Assembly (NCBI GenBank): GCA_903908245.1
Contig: CAIVRE010000010.1
Span: 4,227-68,226, forward strand
DNA from: Candidatus Omnitrophota bacterium
GTDB taxonomy: Bacteria; Omnitrophota; Gorgyraeia; Zapsychrales; Fredricksoniimonadaceae
DNA: 64,000 nt
Direction: 5' to 3'
This document shows, piece by piece, positions 54,600-64,000 of the stretch (its first letter is position 1; every line of letters begins with the position of its first letter). The notes below the pieces were generated by a model that saw nothing but the letters and a program-made list of their open reading frames with translations, was not told the origin of the DNA and did not search any database. Position numbers and translations under genes: made by a program.

Positions 54600-55706
54600 T
54601 TAACTTTTCAAAAGATCCAATATTTTCTGCACATCAACATACTGCTCCACCAGGCTCTCAATAGCCTGGATCTTTTTCACCGCACTGGGGCGGATCTTGA
54701 CAATAAGGTTGTCGATCCTTGATGCAAGGGCAAATGTATCCTCTTTAACCTGGATGATCGGGATCGAAAGTTCATTGATCAAATGCATCACGTTCTTATG
54801 CGGCGTGATCCCGCAAGTCAAGAAGATCCCCGCAACGCAGAACTTCTGGGTAACGCCCGTTAAAGATCCGCTCATGGCGGCTAAAATAATATCCTCCCGG
54901 TTACCCGGCGTAATAAGCAGTGTCCCCCTCCCCAAATAATCCAGGACTTCATGCGGCGGCATGGCGCCGACCACAATCCGGCTGACCGTATTATCCAGAA
55001 AATCCTTCCCGCTTAATAATGTCCCTCCCGTATCATCCAGAAGCTCCTGCATGGTAGGATCGGAAAGAATTTCATTATACGGGATCACACCCAGGACCTC
55101 AACCCCCTGGTTCGCGAGCCCCCGGCGAACAACGGGAGCGACCTTATCGTATTTCTCGGGCTGGACCTTATTAATGATCGCGCCAAGCACCTTGACCCCT
55201 TTGGCGTCGAACATCGACTTGTTGAGCATGATCTCGTCGATCGGCCGCCCGATCCCCCCGCAGCTCACCAGAATTACCGACGCCCCCAGGAGCCTGGCGA
55301 CCTCGGCATTCGACATGTCAAAGACCGAACCGACCCCGGCATGCCCGGTGCCTTCAAGAACAACAATGTCTTTCCCCTGCGCGACCCGGCCATAAGCATC
55401 CCGCACTTTCCTCTGCAGAACATCCTTGTCGGGATTCATCACATAATTTTCCGTAAACCCCCGGGGAACGGCAATAGGGCTCATGTCCTTTAGATTCCCG
55501 CTCAACTTATAGACCTCTTTCATCAGGACAACATCCTTGTCGATCTCCTCCCCGTCGATCAGCTGGAATTGCTGCCCTACAGGCTTGATATAACCCACAT
55601 TGGAGAACCTGTTGAAAAAAGCGCGCAAAAGGCCAAGCGAAACAATGGTCTTCCCGTCGTTCTGCCGTGTTGCCGCGACAAATATCTTTTTGGCTGGGCC
55701 ATCCAT
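54600..55706 (-). CDS. P-loop (CobQ/MinD-like) plus DRTGG domain protein, resembling the N-terminal region of phosphotransacetylase
   Basis: N-terminal nucleotide-binding fold ([13 protein letters not shown]) followed by a DRTGG-like domain. 368 aa. Embedded between IDH and frdB. Confidence 0.5.
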   Translation of the reverse strand: MDGPAKKIFVAATRQNDGKTIVSLGLLRAFFNRFSNVGYIKPVGQQFQLIDGEEIDKDVVLMKEVYKLSGNLKDMSPIAVPRGFTENYVMNPDKDVLQRKVRDAYGRVAQGKDIVVLEGTGHAGVGSVFDMSNAEVARLLGASVILVSCGGIGRPIDEIMLNKSMFDAKGVKVLGAIINKVQPEKYDKVAPVVRRGLANQGVEVLGVIPYNEILSDPTMQELLDDTGGTLLSGKDFLDNTVSRIVVGAMPPHEVLDYLGRGTLLITPGNREDIILAAMSGSLTGVTQKFCVAGIFLTCGITPHKNVMHLINELSIPIIQVKEDTFALASRIDNLIVKIRPSAVKKIQAIESLVEQYVDVQKILDLLKS

Positions 55707-55727
55707 GATCGGTCTCTCCGCAGAAGA

Positions 55728-56471
55728 TTACTTGTTGAACATTTTCCTGATGAACATCAGAAGCGGATCATAGAACCGGTCCGCAATACGCTCCTTGAGC
55801 GGGATAATAGCGTTATCCGTGATCCTTATCTTCTCCGGGCAATTGTCCGTGCAGCAATGCGTCACATTGCACAGGCCGATACCCCCGTTATCCTTGATCA
55901 TCTGCAACCTGTCCACACTATCCAAAGGATGCATGACCAGGCCGGCCAGACGCACAAAGAACCGCGGGCCGAAGAATTCTTTTTTCTTGTCATGGGAACG
56001 GATCACATGACAAGTATCCTGGCAAAGAAAACATTCAATGCATTTGCGGTATTCCTGGATCCGGTCAACATCATACTGCTGCATACGCCAATCCGTGTCC
56101 CTGGCGGGAGTAAAAGGCGTTATCTTCTTGTTAACCTCATAATTCCACGAAACATCCGTCACCAGGTCCTTGATGACAGGGAACGCCTTGAGCGGCCCCA
56201 CCGTGATCGGCTTATCCAATGGCAGATCGCTCAAACGGGTCTTGCACATAAGCCGCGGGATCCCGTTGATCTCCGCCGAACAGGATCCGCATTTTCCCGC
56301 ACTGCAATTACAGCGGATCCCGAGGTCCGCCGCGTATTTAGCCTGCACTTCAAGGATCGCATCGAGCACCACAGTCCCGTGGGATACCTCAATACGGAAA
56401 TCCTCATAGCGCCCGCCTTGAACATCCCCCCTGAAAATAGAAAAAACAACTTCCCGCTTTTCGCTGGTCAT
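55728..56471 (-). CDS. frdB: Succinate dehydrogenase/fumarate reductase iron-sulfur subunit
   Basis: 2Fe-2S motif CNCSAGKCGSCSAEING plus two further Cys clusters (CIECFLCQDTC; CCTDNCP). Confidence 0.85.
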   Translation of the reverse strand: MTSEKREVVFSIFRGDVQGGRYEDFRIEVSHGTVVLDAILEVQAKYAADLGIRCNCSAGKCGSCSAEINGIPRLMCKTRLSDLPLDKPITVGPLKAFPVIKDLVTDVSWNYEVNKKITPFTPARDTDWRMQQYDVDRIQEYRKCIECFLCQDTCHVIRSHDKKKEFFGPRFFVRLAGLVMHPLDSVDRLQMIKDNGGIGLCNVTHCCTDNCPEKIRITDNAIIPLKERIADRFYDPLLMFIRKMFNK

Positions 56472-58225
56472 TTGGCCTCGTCTCCCAGTAACTGGCGAAG
56501 TTCTTCCGGCATTGCCGGCAAAAGCTCGGTTGTGATCTGCACAGCGCCGTTGACCTTTTTAACAATAAGGCTTTTCTTCCTCCACTCAGAATCCATCTTC
56601 GGGAAATCCTCCCTGGTCTGGGCGCTCCGGCTTTCTTTGCGTTCAAGAGCTGCCCTGGTAACGATCTCCGCCACCGAAAGCATGGATGCCAGCGAAAGGT
56701 ACAAATGCCAGCCGAAATTATACCCGATCCCTCCATCCACATGAATATGCTTATAGCGTTCATTCAGGTCCTTTAACGCCTCGAGAGCCTTATTAAGCCT
56801 GTCCGCGTGACGGATGATCCCCACATTCGCTTCCATCACTTCTTGCAGGTCCCGATGAACAGCCGCAGGCGTTTCTTTGCCAGGCCTGTCAAATGCAACA
56901 ACCAGATCTTTCTGATATTGGGCTATCTTCACCGGATCAACCGATAAAAGGTTATTGGTCTTTTTAACATAGGCTGCCGCGCTGATCCCGGCTCTTTTTC
57001 CAAACACCAGAAGGTCCGACAGGGAATTGCCGCCAAGCCTGTTACCACCATGAAGCCCAGCCGCGGCCTCGCCGGCCGCGAACAGCCCCTTGACCGTGCT
57101 TTCCTGGGTCTCGGGGTCCACCTTGACCCCTCCCATGGTGTAATGGCATGTAGGCCCGACTTCCATCGGCTGTTTTGTAATATCAATATCGGCAAATTCC
57201 ATGAACTGCTGGTACATACTAGGCAACTTTGACTTCACATACGCCGCCGGCTTATGGGAAATATCCAAATAAACACCGCCGTGTTCCGAACCCCGGCCTT
57301 CCACGATCTCCTGATTGATGGAACGGGCCACCATATCGCGCGTGGAAAGCTCCATGCGCTTGGGATCATACTTGGACATGAACCGCTCGCCGAACTTGTT
57401 CTTGAGAAGCCCGCCCTCACCGCGAACGGCCTCCGTGACCAGCAAACCCTTCACCCCTGGCGGCCAGACCATCCCCGTCGGATGGAATTGAACAAACTCC
57501 ATGTCCTTCAATTCTGCCCCGGCATTATAAGCCAGCGCCTGGCCATCCCCGGTACAATCCCAGGAGTTTGAAGTTACACGCCATATCTTCCCAATACCGC
57601 CGGTAGAAATAATGACCGCCTTGGCCCGAAAAACAAACATCTTGCCTGTACTTTTAAAGAAACCGAATGCCCCCGCGATCGCCCCCTGATCCATCAATAA
57701 TTGAGTAACGATACATTCCGTGAAAACCTCGACACCCAAAGCCACAGTCCTGTCCTGAAGCGCGCGGATCATCTCGAGCCCCGTACGGTCCCCCACATGA
57801 CAAAGGCGAGGATGAGTATGCCCGCCGAAAGCTCTCTGTAAAATACGGCCGTCTTTGGTCCTGTCAAAGATCGCGCCCCAACGCTCAAGTTCACGGACAG
57901 CCTCCGGAGATTCCTTGGCATGGATCACGGCCATCCGCCAGTCATTCACATATTTCCCGCCGAACATCGTATCTTTAAAGTGCGGCTGCCAACCGTCTTT
58001 TGCATCCACATTGGCCAGCGCCGCGGCAATGCCGCCCTCCGCCATGACCGTATGCGCTTTCCCTAAAAGACATTTGGACAACACGACTGTTTTTGCCCCG
58101 GACTCCTGGGCGGCAACGGCCGCGCGCATCCCCGCACCGCCTGATCCGATCACCAGCACATCATATTCATAAGTATCGTATATGTTCACATAGGCCTCAA
58201 AATTTTTTCCAGGTATTAAGATCAA
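56468..58225 (-). CDS. frdA: Succinate dehydrogenase/fumarate reductase flavoprotein subunit
   Basis: 585 aa. FAD-binding VLVIGSGGAGMRAA and a conserved His for covalent FAD (SKCLLGKAHTVMAEGG). Confidence 0.9.
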   Translation of the reverse strand: MILIPGKNFEAYVNIYDTYEYDVLVIGSGGAGMRAAVAAQESGAKTVVLSKCLLGKAHTVMAEGGIAAALANVDAKDGWQPHFKDTMFGGKYVNDWRMAVIHAKESPEAVRELERWGAIFDRTKDGRILQRAFGGHTHPRLCHVGDRTGLEMIRALQDRTVALGVEVFTECIVTQLLMDQGAIAGAFGFFKSTGKMFVFRAKAVIISTGGIGKIWRVTSNSWDCTGDGQALAYNAGAELKDMEFVQFHPTGMVWPPGVKGLLVTEAVRGEGGLLKNKFGERFMSKYDPKRMELSTRDMVARSINQEIVEGRGSEHGGVYLDISHKPAAYVKSKLPSMYQQFMEFADIDITKQPMEVGPTCHYTMGGVKVDPETQESTVKGLFAAGEAAAGLHGGNRLGGNSLSDLLVFGKRAGISAAAYVKKTNNLLSVDPVKIAQYQKDLVVAFDRPGKETPAAVHRDLQEVMEANVGIIRHADRLNKALEALKDLNERYKHIHVDGGIGYNFGWHLYLSLASMLSVAEIVTRAALERKESRSAQTREDFPKMDSEWRKKSLIVKKVNGAVQITTELLPAMPEELRQLLGDEAK

Positions 58226-58910
58226 CGATCACCCCGCGGGCGAGCAAACGGACATACATATCCGCAATGATAATACTGACCAGGCTGATCCAGGCCCACA
58301 AACCATGGCGCTCGTTAAGAATACTGATAATATTCCATGCCTGATAACGGGCCTGGCCGCAATGAGAACAGGAGAACTTGTTGATATTCCCGCCGAGAAA
58401 ATTCCTTAAGGCGTGACACGAAAGCACGTAGATCGTCAGGAAGACGCTATCACATAAAAGGATGACATTCCCCACACCGACCCCGAAAGACCCCTGATAA
58501 AAGAAAGACGCAAACGTCTCCTTCCAATGAAAGGTCAAAAGAATAAGGGCAAGAACAACAAAATAACGATGAAAATTCTGAAGGATGAAAGGGAACAGGG
58601 TTTCCCCGGTATAATTCCGCTTTAACTCCGGAACAGCGCAAGCCGCGGGATCAAGCAGGTAACTGCGGTAATACGTCTTTCTCCAATAATAACAGGTCAA
58701 CCGGAAAAGCACCGGCATCCAGAAAACGAAGAACGCGGGCGACAAATTTCCGACCGTAAAGTCAAACGGATAGAATGGCGAGCGATACGGCCCCGCAATA
58801 TAACCCTTACCCTGAAATACTGTCCATGTGGAATACGCCAGGAACACCGTCAACGCGGACGCCATCAACAGCCATTTTACGAACCAGGGGTCTTTGCGCG
58901 TATCATCCAT
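58197..58910 (-). CDS. frdC: Succinate:quinone oxidoreductase dihaem cytochrome b membrane subunit (type B, Wolinella FrdC-like)
   Basis: Single ~240-aa polytopic membrane protein immediately upstream of frdA with several conserved His. Its size matches type-B dihaem anchors. The start is chosen to abut the sucD stop. Confidence 0.55.
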   Translation of the reverse strand: MDDTRKDPWFVKWLLMASALTVFLAYSTWTVFQGKGYIAGPYRSPFYPFDFTVGNLSPAFFVFWMPVLFRLTCYYWRKTYYRSYLLDPAACAVPELKRNYTGETLFPFILQNFHRYFVVLALILLTFHWKETFASFFYQGSFGVGVGNVILLCDSVFLTIYVLSCHALRNFLGGNINKFSCSHCGQARYQAWNIISILNERHGLWAWISLVSIIIADMYVRLLARGVIVDLNTWKKF

Positions 58911-59785
58911 CAGGCAACTCCCCGTTTCTCTTTCAACAACAGAGGGATCTGGCTCGGGCAATCCGCAACAGGGATCCCGGCCTTGTTAAGGGCTTCGATC
59001 TTGGCCTTCGCCGTTCCCCTTCCCTGGGAAATAATAGCCCCGGCATGCCCCATCTTTTTATCCGCCGGCGCCGAACGGCCTGAAATAAAAGACACGACCG
59101 GCTTTGTCACATGAGCCTTGATGTATTCCGCGGCTTTCTCCTCTTCCTCGCCGCCGATCTCGCCGATCAGAACAATGGCCTTTGTCTCGGGATCTTTTTC
59201 AAACATTGAAAGAAGATCGATATATCCGGTGCCGACCACCGCGTCTCCACCGATACCAACACAAGTCGACTGCCCCATTTTATTGACCGTTAAATTATAA
59301 ACCAGCTCGTAGGTCAACGTGCCACTGCGGGAAATAACCCCGATATCCCCGGGCAAATGGATCCTCGCCGGCATGATCCCGACCTTGGCTTTTCCGGGAG
59401 AGATAAGCCCGGGACAATTCGGCCCGATCAGCCTCACGCCTTTATCCTGCACATAATAATAATTCTCCAACATTTCATTCACAGGAACGCCTTCGGTAAT
59501 ACAAACGATCAACGGAACTCTGTTATCCGCCGCTTCCCTGACCGCCGATGAAGCAAAACGGGCCGGCACAAAAATAATGGAGCAATCCACCGTCTTCGCC
59601 GCCAGGGCCTCTTTCACCGAATTATAAACCGGCAATTCCCCGGACTTCTGTCCGCCTTTACCGGGGGTTACCCCGCCAACAACATTGGTGCCATACTCCA
59701 GCATGGAAAGAGCATGGAACGCGCCGTCACGTCCAGTGATCCCCTGTACAAGAACCTTTGTGTTTTTATCGATGAGAATGCTCAT
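58910..59785 (-). CDS. sucD: Succinyl-CoA synthetase alpha subunit
   Basis: 291 aa. CoA-binding N-terminus ([14 protein letters not shown]) and the phospho-His loop (MGHAGAII). Confidence 0.9.
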   Translation of the reverse strand: MSILIDKNTKVLVQGITGRDGAFHALSMLEYGTNVVGGVTPGKGGQKSGELPVYNSVKEALAAKTVDCSIIFVPARFASSAVREAADNRVPLIVCITEGVPVNEMLENYYYVQDKGVRLIGPNCPGLISPGKAKVGIMPARIHLPGDIGVISRSGTLTYELVYNLTVNKMGQSTCVGIGGDAVVGTGYIDLLSMFEKDPETKAIVLIGEIGGEEEEKAAEYIKAHVTKPVVSFISGRSAPADKKMGHAGAIISQGRGTAKAKIEALNKAGIPVADCPSQIPLLLKEKRGVA

Positions 59786-60909
59786 ACCAGTTCCACCACC
59801 CTCTTCACGGCCTCTTCCATGTTCTCCGCCACCACAAAACCCGACTTAACAAGGATCTCTTTCCCTTCAGGCTCCTTGGTACCGATCAGGCGGATGACCA
59901 TCGGCAATTTAAGATCAAGTTTCTTGACCGCCATCAGGATCCCGTTGGCTACATCATCGCAACGGGTGATCCCTCCAAAAATATTGATCAAAACAGCTTT
60001 AACCTTCTTGTTTGAAGTAATGATCTCGAGCGCCAGGAGGACCTTATTAGGATTTGAACTGCCCCCGACATCCAGGAAATTGGCCGGTTCTCCGCCGAAA
60101 AGCTTGATGACATCCATCGTGGCCATGGCAAGCCCGGCGCCGTTAACGATGCAGCCGATATTCCCGTCAAGATTAACAAAGCTCAAACCCGCTTCCCTAG
60201 CGCGGACCTCATCCGCGGTCAACTCTTCCGGGTCACGCAACCGCTCGATCTCCGGATGCTTGAAAACCCCGTTATCATCAAAGTTGATCTTGGCATCAAG
60301 CGCGATCAGCGTATCAGGGCCTGACTTTGCATAGGGGTTGATCTCAACCAAGGAACAATCTTTTTCAATGAACAACCGGTACATCTTCAAAAGCGTATCC
60401 AAAGCCTGAACGGAAAGTTCTGGATCAATAAAAACCCCCGCAACCGCCTTCTTCAACTCCGCTTCCGAAGGGCCTTTCAACGGGTCCACGTACAATTTTA
60501 ATATCTTTTCCGGATTATTTTTAGCCAGCTCTTCGATCTCAACGCCGCCCGCCGCACTGATCATCAGGACAGCCTTCTTCATGGCGCGATCGACCGTGAT
60601 CCCCAGATAATACTCCTGAAGGATATCCACGGACTTGGCCACCAGAACTTTCCTGACAGGAATATCCTTGATATGAAGGGAGAAAATGTCTTTGGCAACC
60701 TTGAATGCTTCCTGCGCAGAATGGGCCAATTTGACCCCGCCGGCTTTCCCACGGCCGCCGACCAGAACCTGTGCCTTGACCACCACAGTACCGCCGATCT
60801 TCCCGGCAATATCGGCAGCCTGTTGAGGCGTTTGCGCCAGCTCCCAGGCCGGGCTCTTGATCCCGTACTCTGAAAGCAACGACCTGGCCTGATATTCATG
60901 GATCTTCAT
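59782..60909 (-). CDS. sucC: Succinyl-CoA synthetase beta subunit
   Basis: 375 aa. ATP-grasp N-terminus [12 protein letters not shown] and a CoA-ligase C-domain. A GGGAGA SD lies upstream. Confidence 0.9.
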   Translation of the reverse strand: MKIHEYQARSLLSEYGIKSPAWELAQTPQQAADIAGKIGGTVVVKAQVLVGGRGKAGGVKLAHSAQEAFKVAKDIFSLHIKDIPVRKVLVAKSVDILQEYYLGITVDRAMKKAVLMISAAGGVEIEELAKNNPEKILKLYVDPLKGPSEAELKKAVAGVFIDPELSVQALDTLLKMYRLFIEKDCSLVEINPYAKSGPDTLIALDAKINFDDNGVFKHPEIERLRDPEELTADEVRAREAGLSFVNLDGNIGCIVNGAGLAMATMDVIKLFGGEPANFLDVGGSSNPNKVLLALEIITSNKKVKAVLINIFGGITRCDDVANGILMAVKKLDLKLPMVIRLIGTKEPEGKEILVKSGFVVAENMEEAVKRVVELV

Positions 60910-60926
60910 GCATGTCTCCCGGCAAT

Positions 60927-60960
60927 GAAAAGCCCGGAAGAATACCTCTTCCGGGCTTTT
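60927..60960 (-). terminator. Near-perfect GC-rich hairpin with a flanking T-tract (intrinsic terminator, potentially bidirectional), located between the small zinc-ribbon gene and sucC
   Basis: AAAAGCCCGGAAGA-atacc-TCTTCCGGGCTTTT: a 14-bp perfect stem followed by TTTT on the minus strand (and TTTTATATATT on the plus strand). Confidence 0.6.
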
Positions 60961-60981
60961 ATATATTGAAAATCCTGTACG

Positions 60982-61148
60982 TTAACGGCTGCTCTCTTTG
61001 CGCTTTGAGAAACAATCCTTACAATAAACCGGACGATCTCCGGTCGGCTTGAAAGGGACTTCAGTCTCTTTGCTGCAATCTGAACACGTTACCTTGTGCA
61101 TCTCTCTTGGACGACCGTCATACTTCCCACCACCATTTTGAAAACCCA
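60982..61148 (-). CDS. Small zinc-ribbon protein (CxxC-x17-CxxC). The start is uncertain: either the ATG at 61148 with a frame discontinuity, or the in-frame ATG at 61101 giving a 39-aa product.
   Basis: Hand translation of the minus strand gives ...GFQNGGGKYDGRPREMHKVTCSDCSKETEVPFKPTGDRPVYCKDCFSKRKESSR-stop. Upstream lie a TTGCCG-17-TAAGAT promoter-like sequence and a GGAGGT SD 4 nt before the ATG at 61148, but that ATG is offset by one base from the zinc-ribbon frame. Not present in the ORF track. Confidence 0.4.
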
Positions 61149-61288
61149 TAATACCTCCGATAATTAAAATTGTTAGCTTGGATATATCTTACTTCTTTGG
61201 CAAAGCAACGGCAAGACATTTAAATAAAAAGCCATAAAAGGCTTTCAGCCCCATGCCACAGCTTGGCAATAGGGTCGGCAACAGAACA

Positions 61289-61546
61289 TCATGGCCCGGG
61301 CATTTCCTTTTTCTGTGTCCCCGTCTCTCTCTTCCCGCGATTGCGCACAATAAGGCCATCAAGAAAACGCCTCAACAGCTGGTCTCCGCAAGGCATATAA
61401 TTCGGATGGTCCTCCCGGCGAAAGAACGCCGAAAGCTCGGTCTCTGAAATATCAAAATCCGCCAGTTTCAGGATCGCCACAATGTCGCTGTCCCTTAAAT
61501 GCAAGGCGACCCTTAGCTTTTTCATGATATCATTATTGGTTATCAT
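61289..61546 (-). CDS. DUF1456 (YehS-like) family small protein
   Basis: The 85-aa ORF MITNNDIMKKLRVALHLRDSDIVAIL... resembles the YehS/DUF1456 repeat unit. Confidence 0.4.
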   Translation of the reverse strand: MITNNDIMKKLRVALHLRDSDIVAILKLADFDISETELSAFFRREDHPNYMPCGDQLLRRFLDGLIVRNRGKRETGTQKKEMPGP

Positions 61547-62241
61547 TTCTTCCCGCTTTTAAGAGTTTGTGTCAGTTTAATCCCACCCGGTTCAATGACC
61601 AGCATCCGCTGTTTATACAAAATGCCCACCGCCATCTTAAATTTCTTCTTGCTCACGCCAAACAACCTGTGGATCTCCTCCGGAGGAGTCTTGTCCGTAA
61701 GCGGGCAGCTGCCGCCAGAAGCCTGAAGATGACTCATGATCTTCCCTGACAGGTCAGGAACGCCGCGAAACCCGGCCTTCTGCAAGGAAAGGTCGATCCG
61801 GCCATCCGGCCTGATCTTCTTAATATACCCCTCGATCTTCTGCCCGATGTGAAGTTCCTGAAATATCTCGTTCTTGTACAGCACTCCCCAGCAATCACTA
61901 TTAATGACTGCCTTAAAACCAAGATCGGTCACGGTATAAATGATCAGGTCAACCGCATCGCCATCCATCATGCCGTCAGGAGCGTCATCGTATAAATATT
62001 TATTAAGCCTGGATGATCCCGCGACCCGGCCCGTCTTCTCATCACGATAGACATAAATGATATGCGACTCGCCTTCTTTCATGATCCTGAGCTGTTCGCC
62101 TATCGGAATGAACAGGTCCTTGGCAAGGCCGCAATACACAAAAGCCCCGCTCTCAATAACAGAAATAACTTTAAAGAGATCACATCTCCCCACCAGCGCA
62201 TCAAGAACCTCTGTCTTGTCTGTTTCTTTCATGCTTACCAT
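61543..62241 (-). CDS. S1-like RNA-binding domain protein (CvfB/YitL-like)
   Basis: 232 aa with tandem S1/OB-like segments and a C-terminal winged-helix-like region. Resembles the conserved virulence factor B family. Confidence 0.45.
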   Translation of the reverse strand: MVSMKETDKTEVLDALVGRCDLFKVISVIESGAFVYCGLAKDLFIPIGEQLRIMKEGESHIIYVYRDEKTGRVAGSSRLNKYLYDDAPDGMMDGDAVDLIIYTVTDLGFKAVINSDCWGVLYKNEIFQELHIGQKIEGYIKKIRPDGRIDLSLQKAGFRGVPDLSGKIMSHLQASGGSCPLTDKTPPEEIHRLFGVSKKKFKMAVGILYKQRMLVIEPGGIKLTQTLKSGKK

Positions 62242-64000
62242 ATCCTGATATTGATCAATGGCGTACGCAATTTATGAAAAATATCCGTATCATCCATCCA
62301 GGCGTTTTGTGTTACGAATGGCGGGGCCTCGGATAAAAGCCCTGCCGACAAAAGGCCCTCCCCTGAAACAGCCGGGGCCGTCCCGGTCACAACCGCCTGA
62401 CCCAGATCCTGCATCGCCTGGCCATAAAGCGCCCCACCAAGGACATTCCCGTTATAAAAAACAAGACCTGGCGCAACATTGCCAAGGTTCACGGCAGTCC
62501 TGGAAATATTGCCTTTTAAGATAGCCGAGAAAGAGTCTGTCACCCCTGATGCTGAAATATAAGCCTGTCCATTCGAAATATTAAAATTGACCGGACGCCC
62601 GATCTCTCCGATAACGCCACCCGCTGTCAACGTGAGGTTATCTGTCAACTTCAGGGCCGAATCGCCTGTCAAAGAAACAATGTCCTGTAAGGACTCAAGG
62701 AATACCCCCCCTTGCTGTGCTTCCCCATTCACGATCGTAATATCCTGCGTTGACCGGACCTCAATATCTCCGGTCTTAGCGACCAGATCCAGACTCACAT
62801 CATTGACCGTATCACTGTAATAGGCCGATCCAGCCCCCCGGACAAGAATGCTCAAATGATCCGCCGTAAGCTCAATGGGATCGTTCACCGACCCCATTTC
62901 GCCCCAAGTCGTAATATCCAGCTGACCGGCCAGGATATTACGCGCCGATCCATTGGCATCGGTGATCCGGCCTAATGTCCCGCCGGCACCATCCGCTATC
63001 CCAGCCGTGATCGTAACATTGCCCATCACGCCGTCCGCATTGCTGTCCGCGTTAACGATCCCCAAAGCAATGCTGTCCCGGGCAGAGAGGACAAGGTCCC
63101 CATCTTCGGATTCGACCCGGGCGGTTGAACCCATCACAATATCCCCGCCATCATTGCCCGCCATTTCAGAACCGGTCGTATAATCCGTTCCCGCCTTGAC
63201 CGTCACTACCCCGGTCATATCCACGCCAACGGTTTTCCCGGCATTAATGGCCACCGTATCTCCGGCATAGATCGTCACATTCCCCGCGCCGCCACTGGCC
63301 GTCACGTTGGCATTGACCGTAACATCATCCGCCGCGCCGCTTCCGAGCGAAGCGAGCAGCACGTTTCCTCCGCCCGAATTATCCACGGCTTCGTTGACCG
63401 TCAACGCGCCAGCCGAACGGATATCCACCGCGTCCGTGACCGCCCCCGCGGTCTGAGAAACACCCACCATGGCCGTAAGGCCGCCGATCGCAAGATCACC
63501 GTTATTCCTGATATAGATCCCGCCGCTCTGGGTCTGCGCCTCAAGGTTCGCGACCTGCACCTGGAGATAATTGGCAGATGTCGCGATCCCGGCCACCGCC
63601 TGGGCCACCAGGTCCCGGGCCGTGATATCCACGGCCCCCGTACCGCCGATGATATTCGCCGTATCCGCGGTCAATGTCGCGCGGCCTGTCCCGCCAGTAA
63701 CGATATTCCCGATAGAATTAAAGACAATAGATCCGCCTGTTGCCGTTATATTTCCCACAACCCAGATCGTTCCTGTGTCAAAGGTAACAACACCCCCCGT
63801 ACCCGCGCCGGTCTTGGCCGCATTCACCGCAAGATCGTTCACATACTGCCCGCCGCTGTTCACAGCGCCGGTCAGTGTAACATTCCCGGCATCGGCCAGA
63901 CCCCGTGTATTAATGGTAAAGCCACAGCCAATGGCATTGGCTGTTAACGCAACAGGGTCCGTGCCTGTTCCAAAAACAACCGCGCCACCGGTAGCGTCCC
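62235..64000 (-). CDS. C-terminal ~590 aa of a very large Gly/Thr/Asn-rich beta-helical repeat surface protein (adhesin / filamentous-haemagglutinin-like). The 5' end lies beyond the window.
   Basis: Open frame runs to the window edge. Degenerate repeats of about 20 residues (GNITATGGSIVFNSIGNIVTGG...; TVNANVTASGGAGNVTIYAGDTVAINAGKTVGVD) are typical of parallel beta-helix adhesins. Confidence 0.6.
   Translation of the reverse strand, partial: DATGGAVVFGTGTDPVALTANAIGCGFTINTRGLADAGNVTLTGAVNSGGQYVNDLAVNAAKTGAGTGGVVTFDTGTIWVVGNITATGGSIVFNSIGNIVTGGTGRATLTADTANIIGGTGAVDITARDLVAQAVAGIATSANYLQVQVANLEAQTQSGGIYIRNNGDLAIGGLTAMVGVSQTAGAVTDAVDIRSAGALTVNEAVDNSGGGNVLLASLGSGAADDVTVNANVTASGGAGNVTIYAGDTVAINAGKTVGVDMTGVVTVKAGTDYTTGSEMAGNDGGDIVMGSTARVESEDGDLVLSARDSIALGIVNADSNADGVMGNVTITAGIADGAGGTLGRITDANGSARNILAGQLDITTWGEMGSVNDPIELTADHLSILVRGAGSAYYSDTVNDVSLDLVAKTGDIEVRSTQDITIVNGEAQQGGVFLESLQDIVSLTGDSALKLTDNLTLTAGGVIGEIGRPVNFNISNGQAYISASGVTDSFSAILKGNISRTAVNLGNVAPGLVFYNGNVLGGALYGQAMQDLGQAVVTGTAPAVSGEGLLSAGLLSEAPPFVTQNAWMDDTDIFHKLRTPLINIRIW

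Overview
This 64 kb window is dense, intron-free bacterial core genome at roughly 55% GC. It is almost entirely coded on the minus strand. Only three genes sit on the plus strand (9600-13433 and 35611-36810). I found no integrases, transposases, CRISPR arrays, rRNA or tRNA genes.

Genes recognisable from the sequence, by coordinate:
- 1-1813: partial pepA-like gene, citrate synthase.
- 1889-3725: HD-GYP response regulator, surE.
- 3725-7528: menaquinone genes menD, menF and ubiE/menG.
- 7486-9511: trxB, bioB.
- 9600-13433 (plus strand): operon of an unusual 616-aa putative FMN TIM-barrel (NMO-like) protein and an APC-family transporter with a C-terminal cytoplasmic domain.
- 13452-15658: GGDEF cyclase, iron-sulfur flavoprotein, two small membrane proteins.
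- 15697-20554: thiC, ttcA, an APH-family kinase, an rRNA m5C methyltransferase, an HTH-REC regulator.
- 20722-26958: complete F1Fo ATP synthase operon atpBEFHAGDC.
- 27147-29538: amt-glnK, with a long structured leader and a YHS-domain metal-binding protein upstream.
- 29689-35522: MATE efflux, GHL10-like hydrolase, znuABC, a secreted HExxH protein.
- 35611-38777: GlgE pathway pair, a GT4 GlgM/GlgA-like enzyme plus glgE.
- 38830-50143: contiguous siroheme-dependent (alternative, Ahb) heme biosynthesis cluster: hemA, ccsA/hemX-like, sirC, hemC, cobA-hemD, ahbC, hemB, ahbD, ahbB, ahbA, hemL.
- 50173-53478: tatAC, cydAB.
- 53501-60909: NAD-IDH-like dehydrogenase, a DRTGG/P-loop protein, frdCAB (Wolinella-type dihaem b) and sucCD.
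- 60982-61148: a small zinc-ribbon ORF absent from the supplied ORF track.
- 61289-62241: a DUF1456-like protein and a CvfB-like S1 protein.
- 62235-64000: 3' end of a very large beta-helical repeat surface protein, which runs off the window.

The most notable observations are the Ahb heme cluster with conserved GC-rich palindromes between its cistrons, the NMO-like/transporter operon, the attenuator-like leader of amt, and the untracked zinc-ribbon gene fused by a terminator hairpin to the sucCD promoter region. Nothing clearly foreign or mobile is visible.
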